A stretch of DNA of 64,000 nt from Thermodesulfobacteriota bacterium. Its GTDB lineage: Bacteria > Desulfobacterota_D > UBA1144. The translations under genes and the position numbers were made by a program. The DNA is taken from NCBI GenBank assembly GCA_030835345.1, contig JAURPH010000006.1, positions 68,088 through 132,087 on the forward strand, in the 5' to 3' direction. Positions 29,477 to 39,617 of this stretch are shown in pieces (the first letter of the stretch is position 1; every line of letters starts with the position of its first letter). The notes under the pieces are model-generated. The model saw only the letters and a list, made by a program, of their open reading frames with translations. It did not search any database and had not been told where the DNA came from.

Positions 29477-30813
29477 AATTTTCCTACTCTATCAACATAT
29501 CTTTGCATATCAAATTTTCTATCTAGACCGTTCTTATTCATATAACGGATTTTCCCAAAAACCTCTCTTTCTTTCCATCCACGATCATGGAGACCATAAC
29601 ACCAAGAAACCCCTACATATCCATTTGGACTTCTTCCGTCTAGTTGATATTTATTGTTTAGTTTAAGTGCAATACTATGTGCTTCTTTAAAGCTGTCAGA
29701 CCATTCCAGAATCTTCTTTCCCCAGTACATTCTCATGTACCCGTGCATATATCCAGAGCGAAGCATTTCATTTTGTGCTGCATTCCAATATTCATCATGA
29801 GTTTTTGCATCTTCAAAGTCACTAAAGTTGTAGACATATTCTCTTTCATCTGAAGAGTGATCATTTAAAGTCTTTAATGACCAATCAGGCAAACCATTTA
29901 CATTATTATAGTTTTTATTATTTAAAGTGTAATTAAAAGAAAGCTCCCTTCTAATTAATAGTTGCTCTATGAAGGATGATGAAAAATCCAATTTTCTTAA
30001 AATTAATTCTTTAATTATATATGCAGGCGATATAAAACCATAATGCAAGTCCTTGCTCAATTTAGAAACAAACTCAAATTCTGGTTTACTACTATTTTCT
30101 TCATAATTCGATAAATTTTCAATCAAAAAAACATTAAGATTTTCTTTTGATGTATATGCACCGTTCTTGTTTAAATTTACAGTTTCAATAAATTTATCTT
30201 TTAAATTAGCCAATGCTTTTAATATTTTTTCTTTAGTATTTTCAACTGATTTGATTCGTTTTACCTTGGATAATTCTCTAGATATGTCAAAAGTTAGATC
30301 TATTAATGAGCTAGTCGTCTTATAGTACTTTCTTCTAAATGTTGCAGCAGAATATTCTTGTTTATTTGAGATAAGTTTTGCTGGCAGGTAAAGATTGTCA
30401 ATTGATATTATATTTGTATCATAATTCTTTAATAATTCCAAAGTATAGTCATTTGATCTTTTGGTATAGGTTTTATCAATTATTATAGTATGACAATCAG
30501 TTAAATTTAATCCTTCTAAACCATCAATGGTGTTAACAAATTCTAATTCATGGCCAAAATAATTTAATTCATGAACAAGTTCTATTAATCCACTTAAAAG
30601 AACAATTGTATGTCTATCAATACAATTGTAATGAGATTCATTATGATAAAAAAAAATTTTTAGTGGTAAATTTTTTTCCAATGCTATTTCAGATGCAAAT
30701 TTAAGTGAATAATTATTGTTTGCTCTGAGTGTGTTAGATGTCCAATATGCAATAAAGCTGCCGCTATCATTACCATGTTTAATTACTTCGATCCTTTCTT
30801 TAATTAATTCCAC
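29473..30813 (-). CDS. phr: Class II CPD DNA photolyase
   Basis: EYSAATFR, SKLS..LHYG, EQLLIRREL, THDEYWNAAQ, MHGYMRMYWGKKILEW, DGRSPNGY, FGKIRYM. Confidence 0.94.
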   Translation of the reverse strand: MELIKERIEVIKHGNDSGSFIAYWTSNTLRANNNYSLKFASEIALEKNLPLKIFFYHNESHYNCIDRHTIVLLSGLIELVHELNYFGHELEFVNTIDGLEGLNLTDCHTIIIDKTYTKRSNDYTLELLKNYDTNIISIDNLYLPAKLISNKQEYSAATFRRKYYKTTSSLIDLTFDISRELSKVKRIKSVENTKEKILKALANLKDKFIETVNLNKNGAYTSKENLNVFLIENLSNYEENSSKPEFEFVSKLSKDLHYGFISPAYIIKELILRKLDFSSSFIEQLLIRRELSFNYTLNNKNYNNVNGLPDWSLKTLNDHSSDEREYVYNFSDFEDAKTHDEYWNAAQNEMLRSGYMHGYMRMYWGKKILEWSDSFKEAHSIALKLNNKYQLDGRSPNGYVGVSWCYGLHDRGWKEREVFGKIRYMNKNGLDRKFDMQRYVDRVGKL

Positions 30814-31190
30814 TACCTTTTAACCTTCTTTAACCAATAAAAAATACTTATAATTAAAAAAAGAATGGGTACGAAATATAGCAAAATGTTTAGGCCTTTA
30901 ACTGGTGGAGTTGCCAGAATATTGTCACCATAAATTTCTGTAAAGTAGTTTAAAATTTCTTTTTTGCTTTTACCTTCAGTAATTTTCTGTTTTATAACAT
31001 CTCTCATTGAAATTGCCAACTTTGAATTTGACTCTGCTACAGTTTGTCCCTGACACACTGGACACATTAATTCATTTGATATTTCATACAAGTCTGAACT
31101 ATCATTTGCTGTGGCTTGAATACTAAACAATAGAAAGATTAAGCTAATTATTAAATGATTTCGCTTTGTTAATACCTTTAAGTAGATCAT
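30813..31190 (-). CDS. ccmH: Cytochrome c biogenesis protein CcmH/NrfF (N-terminal domain only)
   Basis: Signal peptide, LMCPVCQGQTVAES, GKS..EI..YF...YGD.IL..PP, C-terminal TM helix. Confidence 0.9.
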   Translation of the reverse strand: MIYLKVLTKRNHLIISLIFLLFSIQATANDSSDLYEISNELMCPVCQGQTVAESNSKLAISMRDVIKQKITEGKSKKEILNYFTEIYGDNILATPPVKGLNILLYFVPILFLIISIFYWLKKVKR

Positions 31191-31689
31191 CAGAATTTAT
31201 TTTACCCACATATTTATAGATTATTAGATTATCTTTTAGAAAATAAGTTTCAGGAACACCTGAGATTCCAAAAAAAACAGGAATTGTGTTGGTAGAATCA
31301 TAAAAGTTAGGATAATCCATTGGATTTTTTCTTTTGAAACTTAAAGCATCTTTCTTGTTATCAAAAATGTTTATTCCATAGATTTTAACATCAGGATGAA
31401 GAGTATTTCTTAAATCTATAAATTCATTTATATCTTTAATTTCATCTTCACATGGGCCACACCAAGAAGCCCAAAAATTCAAGATTATGAATCCATTTAA
31501 ATCTTTAATGTTGAGACTGTTATCTTCATTAGATGAATCCATTTTATCAACCAAGCTTTTTAAGCTTAAAGATTCATTTACTCTTTTATTGATTTTTATA
31601 AAATTTAAATCTCCACTAAATACAAAAGTGGATAAAAATAAATAAACGAAAAGAAATAAATTAACTTTTTTCAGAACAACACTCATCAT
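31144..31689 (-). CDS. TlpA/ResA/CcmG family membrane-anchored thioredoxin
   Basis: N-terminal hydrophobic anchor, LNFWASWCGPC, GVPETYF cis-Pro loop. Confidence 0.9.
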   Translation of the reverse strand: MMSVVLKKVNLFLFVYLFLSTFVFSGDLNFIKINKRVNESLSLKSLVDKMDSSNEDNSLNIKDLNGFIILNFWASWCGPCEDEIKDINEFIDLRNTLHPDVKIYGINIFDNKKDALSFKRKNPMDYPNFYDSTNTIPVFFGISGVPETYFLKDNLIIYKYVGKINSDDLLKGINKAKSFNN

Positions 31690-32098
31690 TGTTTTTTAGC
31701 TCTGTATTAGTAGAAGGATAATCTTTATAGGCATTATCTAATAATTTCTTGATTTCTTTAAAAGTAAATCCATCTTTTAATAAGTATTTGACTGTCAATG
31801 CTACATCTATACATATCGGACAGTTAACACTGTGTGAGGTTAGTGTAATCATATTGTTATTCTGATCAATGTCTTTTATGAAACAGCTTTTATTACTAGT
31901 ATGTTTAATCTTTTCACATCCACAATAACAAGAAAAATTATCAAGGATATCAGGATTCTTTATAGCATATTCATAAGCTTCTTTCGTTGATCCATTTAAG
32001 GAGTTTAAAAATGCCGCTGAGTCACTAGAGATATTTAATGCAAAACTTTGAGTAGTTAAGAAAAAAAAAATAATTAAATTAATTTTTTTAAAAAACAT
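31661..32098 (-). CDS. PCYCGC-motif family exported protein
   Basis: Signal peptide (..TQSFA), AYEYA...P, SCYCGC, HTSN..CF, H...CPIC.D. Confidence 0.8.
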   Translation of the reverse strand: MFFKKINLIIFFFLTTQSFALNISSDSAAFLNSLNGSTKEAYEYAIKNPDILDNFSCYCGCEKIKHTSNKSCFIKDIDQNNNMITLTSHSVNCPICIDVALTVKYLLKDGFTFKEIKKLLDNAYKDYPSTNTELKNNDECCSEKS

Positions 32099-32102
32099 AC
32101 CT

Positions 32103-33398
32103 TTACAAGTCAATATCTTGAGGTTCTACTCCAGCCATCTTTTCTAATTTTGACTTATACTCTTTTAAATCAAGATTAATTCTAGCTACACCAGTTTCTA
32201 TTGCAGCTTTTGCAACTGCATAAGATTCCCATACCAGCACCCTTGGATCGAATGGAGAAGGAACAATATATTCTTTCCCATAAACTAGCTCACTTCTATT
32301 ATGTTTTTTAGCAATTTCAGGCCCGGCACCTAATTTAGCTAATTTTGCTAATGCAATAGATGCAGCAACTTTCATTTCTTCATTTATGTCTGTAGCAGCA
32401 ACATCTAGTGCTCCTCTGAAAATGAAAGGAAATCCAAGAACATTATTAACTTGATTTGGGTAATCGGTTCTACCAGTCGCCATTATAATATCTTGCCTTG
32501 CCTCAAAGGCATCTTTTGGAGATATTTCAGGATCAGGATTTGCCATAGCAAAGACAATAGGGTTTTCATTCATTTTTAAAATCATCTCTTTAGAAACAAC
32601 ATTTCCTATAGAAAGGCCAATGAAAACATCTGCTCCATCGAAAGTATCATCTAGTGACCTACAGTCAGTCTCAACGGCGAATTCTTCTTTTTGTTTATTT
32701 AAACCTTCTCTTCCCTTGTATATGACACCCTTACTGTCACACATTAGGATATTGTTTGGATTTGCTCCAAGCGTTACAAAAAGTCGTGCACAAGATATTG
32801 CTGAGGCACCTGCACCATTAATATTGATTTTAATATCTGACATTTTTTTATTCACAAGTTCTACAGCATTAACTAAACCTGCACCAGATATTATTGCAGT
32901 TCCGTGTTGGTCGTCATGAAAAACTGGAATATTCATTTTTTCTTTTAGCTCATCTTCAATTCTAAAGCATTCTGGAGCTTTAATATCCTCTAAGTTTATG
33001 CCACCAAAAGTAGGTCCTAATATTTCTACAGTTCTTATAATTTCATCAACATCTGTCGTTGCTATCTCTATATCAAATGCATCAACTTGAGCAAATCTCT
33101 TAAATAAAACAGCCTTACCTTCCATAACTGGTTTACTTGCTTCAGGACCTAAATCTCCAAGTCCTAAAACTGCAGTTCCATTAGATACAACAGCAACAAG
33201 ATTTCCCTTGTTAGTATATTTGTAGACATTTTGTATATCTTCATGAATTTCTTTACATGGTTCAGCAACCCAAGGTGAGTAAGCTAATGAAAGCTGGTCC
33301 TGGGTTTCTGCTTCTTTAGTAACTTTAATTTCAATTTTACCACTTGGATCATTTGAATGATAATCTAATGCTTCTTGTCTTCTATTATTTTCGCTCAT
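32103..33398 (-). CDS. NAD(P)-dependent malic enzyme (MaeB-like, no PTA domain)
   Basis: [61 protein letters not shown]. Confidence 0.93.
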   Translation of the reverse strand: MSENNRRQEALDYHSNDPSGKIEIKVTKEAETQDQLSLAYSPWVAEPCKEIHEDIQNVYKYTNKGNLVAVVSNGTAVLGLGDLGPEASKPVMEGKAVLFKRFAQVDAFDIEIATTDVDEIIRTVEILGPTFGGINLEDIKAPECFRIEDELKEKMNIPVFHDDQHGTAIISGAGLVNAVELVNKKMSDIKININGAGASAISCARLFVTLGANPNNILMCDSKGVIYKGREGLNKQKEEFAVETDCRSLDDTFDGADVFIGLSIGNVVSKEMILKMNENPIVFAMANPDPEISPKDAFEARQDIIMATGRTDYPNQVNNVLGFPFIFRGALDVAATDINEEMKVAASIALAKLAKLGAGPEIAKKHNRSELVYGKEYIVPSPFDPRVLVWESYAVAKAAIETGVARINLDLKEYKSKLEKMAGVEPQDIDL

Positions 33399-33477
33399 AA
33401 TATATACTCCTTAGTAATTTAATGAAATAAATACTAGTATAGAATATAATTTTTTCGGCCTTTTTCAAAGTAAATTT

Positions 33478-34170
33478 TTAATTAAAGTAATTAAGAAACT
33501 TTTGTGAATATATATTTAAAATATATATCTTGTTGTTATAAACAAGGAAACCAAATATTAACAATAAAAGACCCATTAAAATATTAAAAATTTTATAAAT
33601 TTTAATATTTTTATTTAATTTAGACATTACATTTTTATATCCAAGAGAGCCAAACAAGAAAGGTATGCCAAGACCGATTGAATAGACTCCCAACATTATA
33701 AGGGAATTAGTATAATTTTTTCCAGCAGCAGAATATGAAAGAATAGAGGCCAATATAGGTCCTATACATGGGGTCCATGCAAGTCCAAATGAGAGTCCAA
33801 GGACAATTGGTTTAAAAAGCTTTAATCTATCAAAATATGAAAAACTATAATTTTTATTTAAAAAATCCAATTTTATTAAATTTAAATTGATTAATCCAAA
33901 GAACATTATTAGTGCTCCAGAAAATTTAATTAATATAATTTTATTTAGGTTAAGAAATAAGCCAATCGAAGTAGTTGTAAGAGCTAATAATAAAAAAATA
34001 ACTGAAAATGAAATAGTAAAAATAAGTGTATTTAAAACCAATGCAGATGAAGAATTATTACCTTCATTTTTAAGTGTTGAGAGGTAAATTGGAAAAAGTG
34101 GAAATATACAAGGTGAAAAAAAGGATATTAGTCCAGCACTAAAAGCCAGAAATATAGATGAATCACCCAT
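33478..34170 (-). CDS. ccdA: Cytochrome c biogenesis protein CcdA
   Basis: AGLISFFSPC.FP, GLAWTPCIGPIL, YSIGLGIPF. Confidence 0.93.
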   Translation of the reverse strand: MGDSSIFLAFSAGLISFFSPCIFPLFPIYLSTLKNEGNNSSSALVLNTLIFTISFSVIFLLLALTTTSIGLFLNLNKIILIKFSGALIMFFGLINLNLIKLDFLNKNYSFSYFDRLKLFKPIVLGLSFGLAWTPCIGPILASILSYSAAGKNYTNSLIMLGVYSIGLGIPFLFGSLGYKNVMSKLNKNIKIYKIFNILMGLLLLIFGFLVYNNKIYILNIYSQKFLNYFN

Positions 34171-34214
34171 AATTTATATTATACAGATTTCTCAAAGTTT
34201 AGTTATAATTTGAT
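34171..34214. promoter_or_regulatory. Back-to-back -10 elements for ccdA and pepA (probable leaderless promoters)
   Basis: TATAAT on the minus strand at 34178-34183 (7 nt from ccdA ATG) and TATAAT on the plus strand at 34204-34209 (5 nt from pepA ATG) in a 44-bp gap; no SD. Confidence 0.6.
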
Positions 34215-35693
34215 ATGTCTTTAAATTTTAATTTATCTAAATCAGAAACTTTATATAATGATGTATTTCATTTTGTTACTAAGAATGAAATAAAGTCTTT
34301 AACAAAAAAATATCCTCTTCATAAAGATATAATAATCCAAGAAGTTGATATTAATAATTTTGAGGGTTCATACAATGAATCTTTAACATTTAACATAATC
34401 TTAAATGGTCAAAATGTTAGGTTAACAATCTTAGGCCTTGGAGATAAAAAAGAGTTATCAAATGAAAAAATTTTTAGGATATCCTCTTCAATAACCTACA
34501 AGCTGACATTATTGAAGAATAAAATGTCGTCAATTGATATATCTTTGCCAAGCTCTTTTACTAGAGATGATTGTGAAAATGTATTTTTAGGTCTTTATAA
34601 TGGTCATTATGCCTTTGATAAATACAAAACAAAAAAAGCTAATTTAAATGATTTAAATATAAATATTGTTCTTGATTCAATAAAAACTAATGTTTTTGAT
34701 TGTATTCTCAGACGAGTTCAAGGTGTTTCCAAAGGTGTTAACATGACAAGGAATCTTGTTAATGAGCAGCCTTTTGTTCTAACACCAGAAAAAATGGCTG
34801 AGTATTCGAAATTAATTGCGAAAAATAAAAATATTTCGTGCAAAGTTCTAGACCATGTTCAACTCAGAAAAAAAGGAATGAATGGTATTTGGGATGTTGG
34901 AAAGGGAAGTTCAAACCTTCCAAGATTTATACACCTTATTTATAAAGGAAAATCTACGAAGAAAAAATTAAGGAAAGTTGCTCTAATTGGAAAGGGAATG
35001 ACTTATGATAGTGGTGGTCTATCTATTAAGCCAGCTGATTATATGTTAACCATGAAGATGGATATGGCTGGAGCCGGGTGTGTGCTCGGAGTTTTTGAGT
35101 CACTTGGTCAACTTCAACCAGAGAATATTGAAGTACATGGCATAGTACCTACTGCAGAAAACATGCTTGGTCCAAATGCATACAAGCCTGACGATATAGT
35201 GAATGGTTTAAGTGGGAAAACTATAGAGGTTATTAACACTGATGCAGAGGGAAGGGTTATTCTGTCTGATGCAATCGAATATACAAATAAATTAGGGGTA
35301 GATGAGATGATTGACTTAGCTACACTTACCGGTGCATGTATGGTTGCTCTAGGTAACTTTACAGCAGGATTATTCTCAAATACTCAAAAACAAGCAGATA
35401 AAATATTGAAAACATCACTTGATACAGGTGAAAAAATTTGGCAGTTGCCCCTAGATGAGGATTTGAGGCCATCAATCGAAAGTAATATAGCAGATATTAA
35501 AAACTCTGCTTCAACTAGATATGGTGGTGCAACTACAGCTGCAATGTTTTTACAATTTTTTGTTGATAAAAACATACCTTGGTCACACATTGATATTGCA
35601 GGACCAGCTTATATAGATACAAAAAGAAACTGGTTGGCACCAGGAGCTACAGGATTTGGTGTTATGACTTTAATAAAATACTTAGGTTTTTAA
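34215..35693 (+). CDS. pepA: Leucyl aminopeptidase (M17)
   Basis: GKGMTYDSGG.SIK, MKMDMAG, NTDAEGR, DLATLTGA, HIDIAG. Confidence 0.96.
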   Translation: MSLNFNLSKSETLYNDVFHFVTKNEIKSLTKKYPLHKDIIIQEVDINNFEGSYNESLTFNIILNGQNVRLTILGLGDKKELSNEKIFRISSSITYKLTLLKNKMSSIDISLPSSFTRDDCENVFLGLYNGHYAFDKYKTKKANLNDLNINIVLDSIKTNVFDCILRRVQGVSKGVNMTRNLVNEQPFVLTPEKMAEYSKLIAKNKNISCKVLDHVQLRKKGMNGIWDVGKGSSNLPRFIHLIYKGKSTKKKLRKVALIGKGMTYDSGGLSIKPADYMLTMKMDMAGAGCVLGVFESLGQLQPENIEVHGIVPTAENMLGPNAYKPDDIVNGLSGKTIEVINTDAEGRVILSDAIEYTNKLGVDEMIDLATLTGACMVALGNFTAGLFSNTQKQADKILKTSLDTGEKIWQLPLDEDLRPSIESNIADIKNSASTRYGGATTAAMFLQFFVDKNIPWSHIDIAGPAYIDTKRNWLAPGATGFGVMTLIKYLGF

Positions 35694-36601
35694 ATTTTCG
35701 TTAAATATGGATTATTTGGGTTAGAAATTCCCTTAACCATTTCTAAATATTGATTTTGAATCATTTTAGTTATCTTACCTGGCTTACCCTTACCAATTTT
35801 TCTATTATCTACTTCCCTAACTGGTGTAATCTCTGCAGCTGTACCAGACAAAAACACTTCATCTGCAATATATAATTCATCTCTTGTAAATTTTTGTTCT
35901 ATAACCTTTATATTGTTATTTTTTGCAATAGAAAGGACACAGTTTCTAGTTATACCTTCAAGAACTGTAGTTATTGGTGTAGTTTTTATAACTCCATCAC
36001 GAACTATAAAAATGTTTTCTCCTGTACCTTCTGCTACATATCCATCAGTATCTAACATTAATGCTTCATCATATCCAGATAGAAGTGCTTCTCTTTTAGC
36101 AAAGACAGAATTTATATAATTTCCTGAGATCTTAGATTTTGTCATGAAAGAATTAACACCCATTCTAGCAAAAGATGATATTTTCGTTCTTATTCCTTTC
36201 CTTACTCCTTCATCACCTAAATAAGTACCCCATTTAAATGCAGCGATAATTATATTAACTTTATTTGAGCCAGGATTAATTCCAATAGCTCCTTCTCCAA
36301 TAAATGCCAAGGGTCTAATATAGCAATCTTTTAAACCATTCTTCTTTAGAAGCTTAATTGTTGCTTCTTCTAGAATCTTTTGAGTATAAGGTAATTTTAT
36401 AAATGCTACTTTTGCTGAATTGTAAAATCTATCATAGTGTTCTTTAAGTCTGAATATGTAAGTATCTTTTTTGTTAGAATATGCTCTAATACCCTCGAAA
36501 ATTCCAGATCCATAGTGTAATCCATGACTTAAAACATGAGTAGTAGCTTTTTCCCAAGGAACGAATTTCCCGTTGTACCAAATATATTTAGATTTTTCCA
36601 T
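35690..36601 (-). CDS. ilvE: Branched-chain amino acid aminotransferase
   Basis: LHYGSGIFEGIRAY, YIRPL, K..GNY, EGTGENIF, LEGITR, GTAAE. Confidence 0.96.
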   Translation of the reverse strand: MEKSKYIWYNGKFVPWEKATTHVLSHGLHYGSGIFEGIRAYSNKKDTYIFRLKEHYDRFYNSAKVAFIKLPYTQKILEEATIKLLKKNGLKDCYIRPLAFIGEGAIGINPGSNKVNIIIAAFKWGTYLGDEGVRKGIRTKISSFARMGVNSFMTKSKISGNYINSVFAKREALLSGYDEALMLDTDGYVAEGTGENIFIVRDGVIKTTPITTVLEGITRNCVLSIAKNNNIKVIEQKFTRDELYIADEVFLSGTAAEITPVREVDNRKIGKGKPGKITKMIQNQYLEMVKGISNPNNPYLTKI

Positions 36602-36686
36602 AATAAAATATTAAGTCATATTTTCTTCTAATTCCCGTAATTGTCAAGTTACATAAAAATATGCTTTATTATGTTATTTTGTTATT

Positions 36687-37892
36687 GTGAGAAAAAATAT
36701 ATTATTTATAAATCATTCCATTCGTGATGGAGGTCCTGGTAGAAGCCTTTACTATTTATTAAAACACTTTGATTATAAAAACTTTAATGTAAATGTTTTA
36801 ATACCATCAAAAAATATTTTTTCTGATAATCTTAAAAAAGCTAATTTAGATGTTAATGAAATAGTAAGACCAAATTTCCCAGAAAACTTAAAAAAACAAA
36901 ATTTTAGTTTTTTTGGCAAGAAAATTTCAATTTTTTTTATTGACTTAATTATTAACATAATACGACTTTTTGTAATGCTTTTTCAAATGAAAAAGATTAT
37001 AAAGGATGAAAAAATAGATTTAATTTATTGTAATGGAACTCAAGCCAAAATATTTGGGGCATTAGTAGGGTTAGTATATAAAATTGAAATTATATGGCAT
37101 GTTAGAAATATTCAAAGTAATTTCTTTTTAAAATGGCTTTTAAATACATGTTCAAAAATTGATTTTGTTAAAAGAATAATTTGTGTATCTAATGCGACTA
37201 AATCACAATTCAATGATCAGTCAAAAGCCGTCGTTATTAATAATGGAATAGATACTAATGAGTATGTCCCATCAAAAGTTAAAGCTAAGCTTAGAAGCGA
37301 ATTCAGTATTGATAAAGACAAAATTATTATTGGAACTGCTGGTAGAGTTGTTCCAAGAAAAGGGTTTGAATACTTCGTTCAATTGGCTGCTGAAATCTCA
37401 CACAAATTTAAGAAGGATTGTATTTTTGTATTAGTTGGAGATACACCATTTTATTTTAATCAAAAATTGATGTTAGATTTAAAAAAGTCCGTTGATAATC
37501 TTAATATTTCAAAAAAATTTATTTTTACCGGTTATAAGAGTGATGTTGAATCATATATTACCGATTTTGATATTTTCTTTATTCCTTCAAGATATCCAGA
37601 CCCCTTTCCACGAGTAGTTGTTGAGTCCATGTCTTTAGGAAAGCCCGTAATAGGGTTTAATATAGGAGGAATAGGGGAGGCAATAGATAATAATATCAAC
37701 GGTTTTTCATTGGATGTAGGTTCTAAAGATGTATCTAATCAGATAGTTAGGTTAATTGAAGATAATCAATTAAGAATGAGAATGGGATATGAATCTAGAA
37801 AGAAAGCAGTTGCTAAATATGACTCAAGGATAATAGCAAATAAAATAATCAATGAAATAAACTTACTCATTTCTAGTAGTTTTAAAACTTAA
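36687..37892 (+). CDS. Glycosyltransferase family 4
   Basis: GGP.RS, WHVR, NGID, GRVVPRKG, DPFPRVVVESM..GKPVI. Confidence 0.9.
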   Translation: MRKNILFINHSIRDGGPGRSLYYLLKHFDYKNFNVNVLIPSKNIFSDNLKKANLDVNEIVRPNFPENLKKQNFSFFGKKISIFFIDLIINIIRLFVMLFQMKKIIKDEKIDLIYCNGTQAKIFGALVGLVYKIEIIWHVRNIQSNFFLKWLLNTCSKIDFVKRIICVSNATKSQFNDQSKAVVINNGIDTNEYVPSKVKAKLRSEFSIDKDKIIIGTAGRVVPRKGFEYFVQLAAEISHKFKKDCIFVLVGDTPFYFNQKLMLDLKKSVDNLNISKKFIFTGYKSDVESYITDFDIFFIPSRYPDPFPRVVVESMSLGKPVIGFNIGGIGEAIDNNINGFSLDVGSKDVSNQIVRLIEDNQLRMRMGYESRKKAVAKYDSRIIANKIINEINLLISSSFKT

Positions 37893-39185
37893 TTTAATAC
37901 TTACTCCAAAGAAACCAAATTCTTTCCGAATCGATCTTTCAAGGAACTTTCTATAAGTATTAGGGATGTTTTTTGCAAAATTACAGTGTAAGACAAAAGA
38001 TGGCGGTTCACCAAATAGCTGAGTTGCATAATAAAGCTTAAGCCTTCTTCCTTTATCAACAGGAGCCTGGGATTTTTGAATCAAATTTTGCAAAAATTTA
38101 TTAAATTTATTAATGTTTATTCTTGCTTTTAAATTAGCACTTAAAGAGTCAATAATTTTGTATACCTTTGAGACATTTTTCCCTTTTAATGCTGAAAGAA
38201 CTAACGGAATAGCATAGTTTATCTGTGGAAAAAATTGAAATGCCTTTTCGATAATAATATCTGGTTTATTTAGTTCTTTAGGTAGCAAATCAGACTTATT
38301 AATTCCAAGTATGATTGCTTTATTATTTCTCTTGATAAAATTTAATATTTTAGCATCTTGTTTTGATGGCCCAAATTGAGAATCTACAAGAAAAATAATA
38401 ATATTTGATCTTTCAATTGTATCAATAGCTCGTGATGTTGAATAGTATTCTACTTTTTCATTGATTTTATTTTTCCTTCTTAGACCAGCAGTATCAATAA
38501 AAATATATTTTCTATCATTTCTAATTAACTCTATATTGACTGTATCTCTGGTAGTTCCTGCAATTTCACTAACTATTGATATATCTTCATTTGCCAGCTT
38601 ATTAATTAAAGTTGATTTTCCAACATTAGGCTTACCAATAATAGCAATTTTTGCTATTGAATCATCAGCATCTAAGTTTTCAACATCTTTATTTTGTTTG
38701 AACTTTAAGGATATAAAGTTTCTGAGTTGCATAATATTTCTATTATGTTCTGCAGATAGAGTTATAAAATCTTTTAAGCCAAGCTTGTAAAATTCTGAGA
38801 TATTATCGTTAAATTCCTTAGAATCAATTTTATTAACGACAGGTACAAAATCTTTCTTTTCTTTAATTATTAATTCAAGTATTTCTCGATCCTCATCTTG
38901 TAGTCCATTTTTACCATCTAGTAGGAGTATTATAAGATTTGATTTTTTAATGATATGAAATATTTTTTCTCTAATTAAAGTTGGATAATGACCCTTATCT
39001 TTATCAAAACCCCCAGAGTCAACAAGTTTAAACTTTTTGTTATCAATATTGAAAGTATTTACAATTAAATCCCGTGTACTCCCAGGTTCACTATAAATTA
39101 TTGATTGTCTTAGGCCTACAAGCCTATTAAATAATGTTGATTTGCCAACATTTGGTCTACCAACAATTGATATCAATGGTATCAT
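37863..39185 (-). CDS. der: Ribosome biogenesis GTPase Der/EngA
   Basis: Two G domains GRPNVGKS and GKPNVGKS, GTTRD, DTAGLR, NKxD, C-terminal KH-like domain. Confidence 0.96.
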   Translation of the reverse strand: MIPLISIVGRPNVGKSTLFNRLVGLRQSIIYSEPGSTRDLIVNTFNIDNKKFKLVDSGGFDKDKGHYPTLIREKIFHIIKKSNLIILLLDGKNGLQDEDREILELIIKEKKDFVPVVNKIDSKEFNDNISEFYKLGLKDFITLSAEHNRNIMQLRNFISLKFKQNKDVENLDADDSIAKIAIIGKPNVGKSTLINKLANEDISIVSEIAGTTRDTVNIELIRNDRKYIFIDTAGLRRKNKINEKVEYYSTSRAIDTIERSNIIIFLVDSQFGPSKQDAKILNFIKRNNKAIILGINKSDLLPKELNKPDIIIEKAFQFFPQINYAIPLVLSALKGKNVSKVYKIIDSLSANLKARININKFNKFLQNLIQKSQAPVDKGRRLKLYYATQLFGEPPSFVLHCNFAKNIPNTYRKFLERSIRKEFGFFGVSIKLSFKTTRNE

Positions 39186-39193
39186 CTTTCTAA

Positions 39194-39613
39194 ATGCCCC
39201 TTATAATTACTGACACTAATAACTATACTAAAAGATTCAATAAATCAATTTTACAAAAAATTTTGAAAAAAAGTTTAACTTTTTTAAAGTTATCTAATAA
39301 AGAGATTCACATAAATTTTATATCAGATTATAGAATGAAAAAATTAAATATTGAGTATAGAAGTATTTATCAAACCACTGATGTTTTAAGTTTTTTTTAT
39401 GACGATACTTACAATAATATATATGGAGAAATATTTATTTCGTTGAAATATTGTGAGAAAAATATTAAAAAAAACGGAAATACATTAATTAAAGAGCTTT
39501 CAATTCTTTGTATTCATGGTTTTTTACATTTACTTGGGCACGATCATGATAATCCAGAAAAAGAAAGAAAGATGTTTCAATTGCAGGAAAAGATTTATAG
39601 AAAATCTAAATAA
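39194..39613 (+). CDS. ybeY: rRNA maturation endoribonuclease YbeY
   Basis: LN..YR, TDVLSF, GEIFIS, HGFLHLLGHDH. Confidence 0.95.
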   Translation: MPLIITDTNNYTKRFNKSILQKILKKSLTFLKLSNKEIHINFISDYRMKKLNIEYRSIYQTTDVLSFFYDDTYNNIYGEIFISLKYCEKNIKKNGNTLIKELSILCIHGFLHLLGHDHDNPEKERKMFQLQEKIYRKSK

Positions 39614-39617
39614 ATCT

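Noticed and set aside
34388-34415. Perfect XerD arm ATTTAACATAA (34388-34398), possible dif site
   Set aside because: It lies inside pepA coding sequence, and the sequence after a 6-bp spacer (ATGGTCAAAAT) does not resemble a XerC arm; an AT-rich 11-mer can occur by chance.
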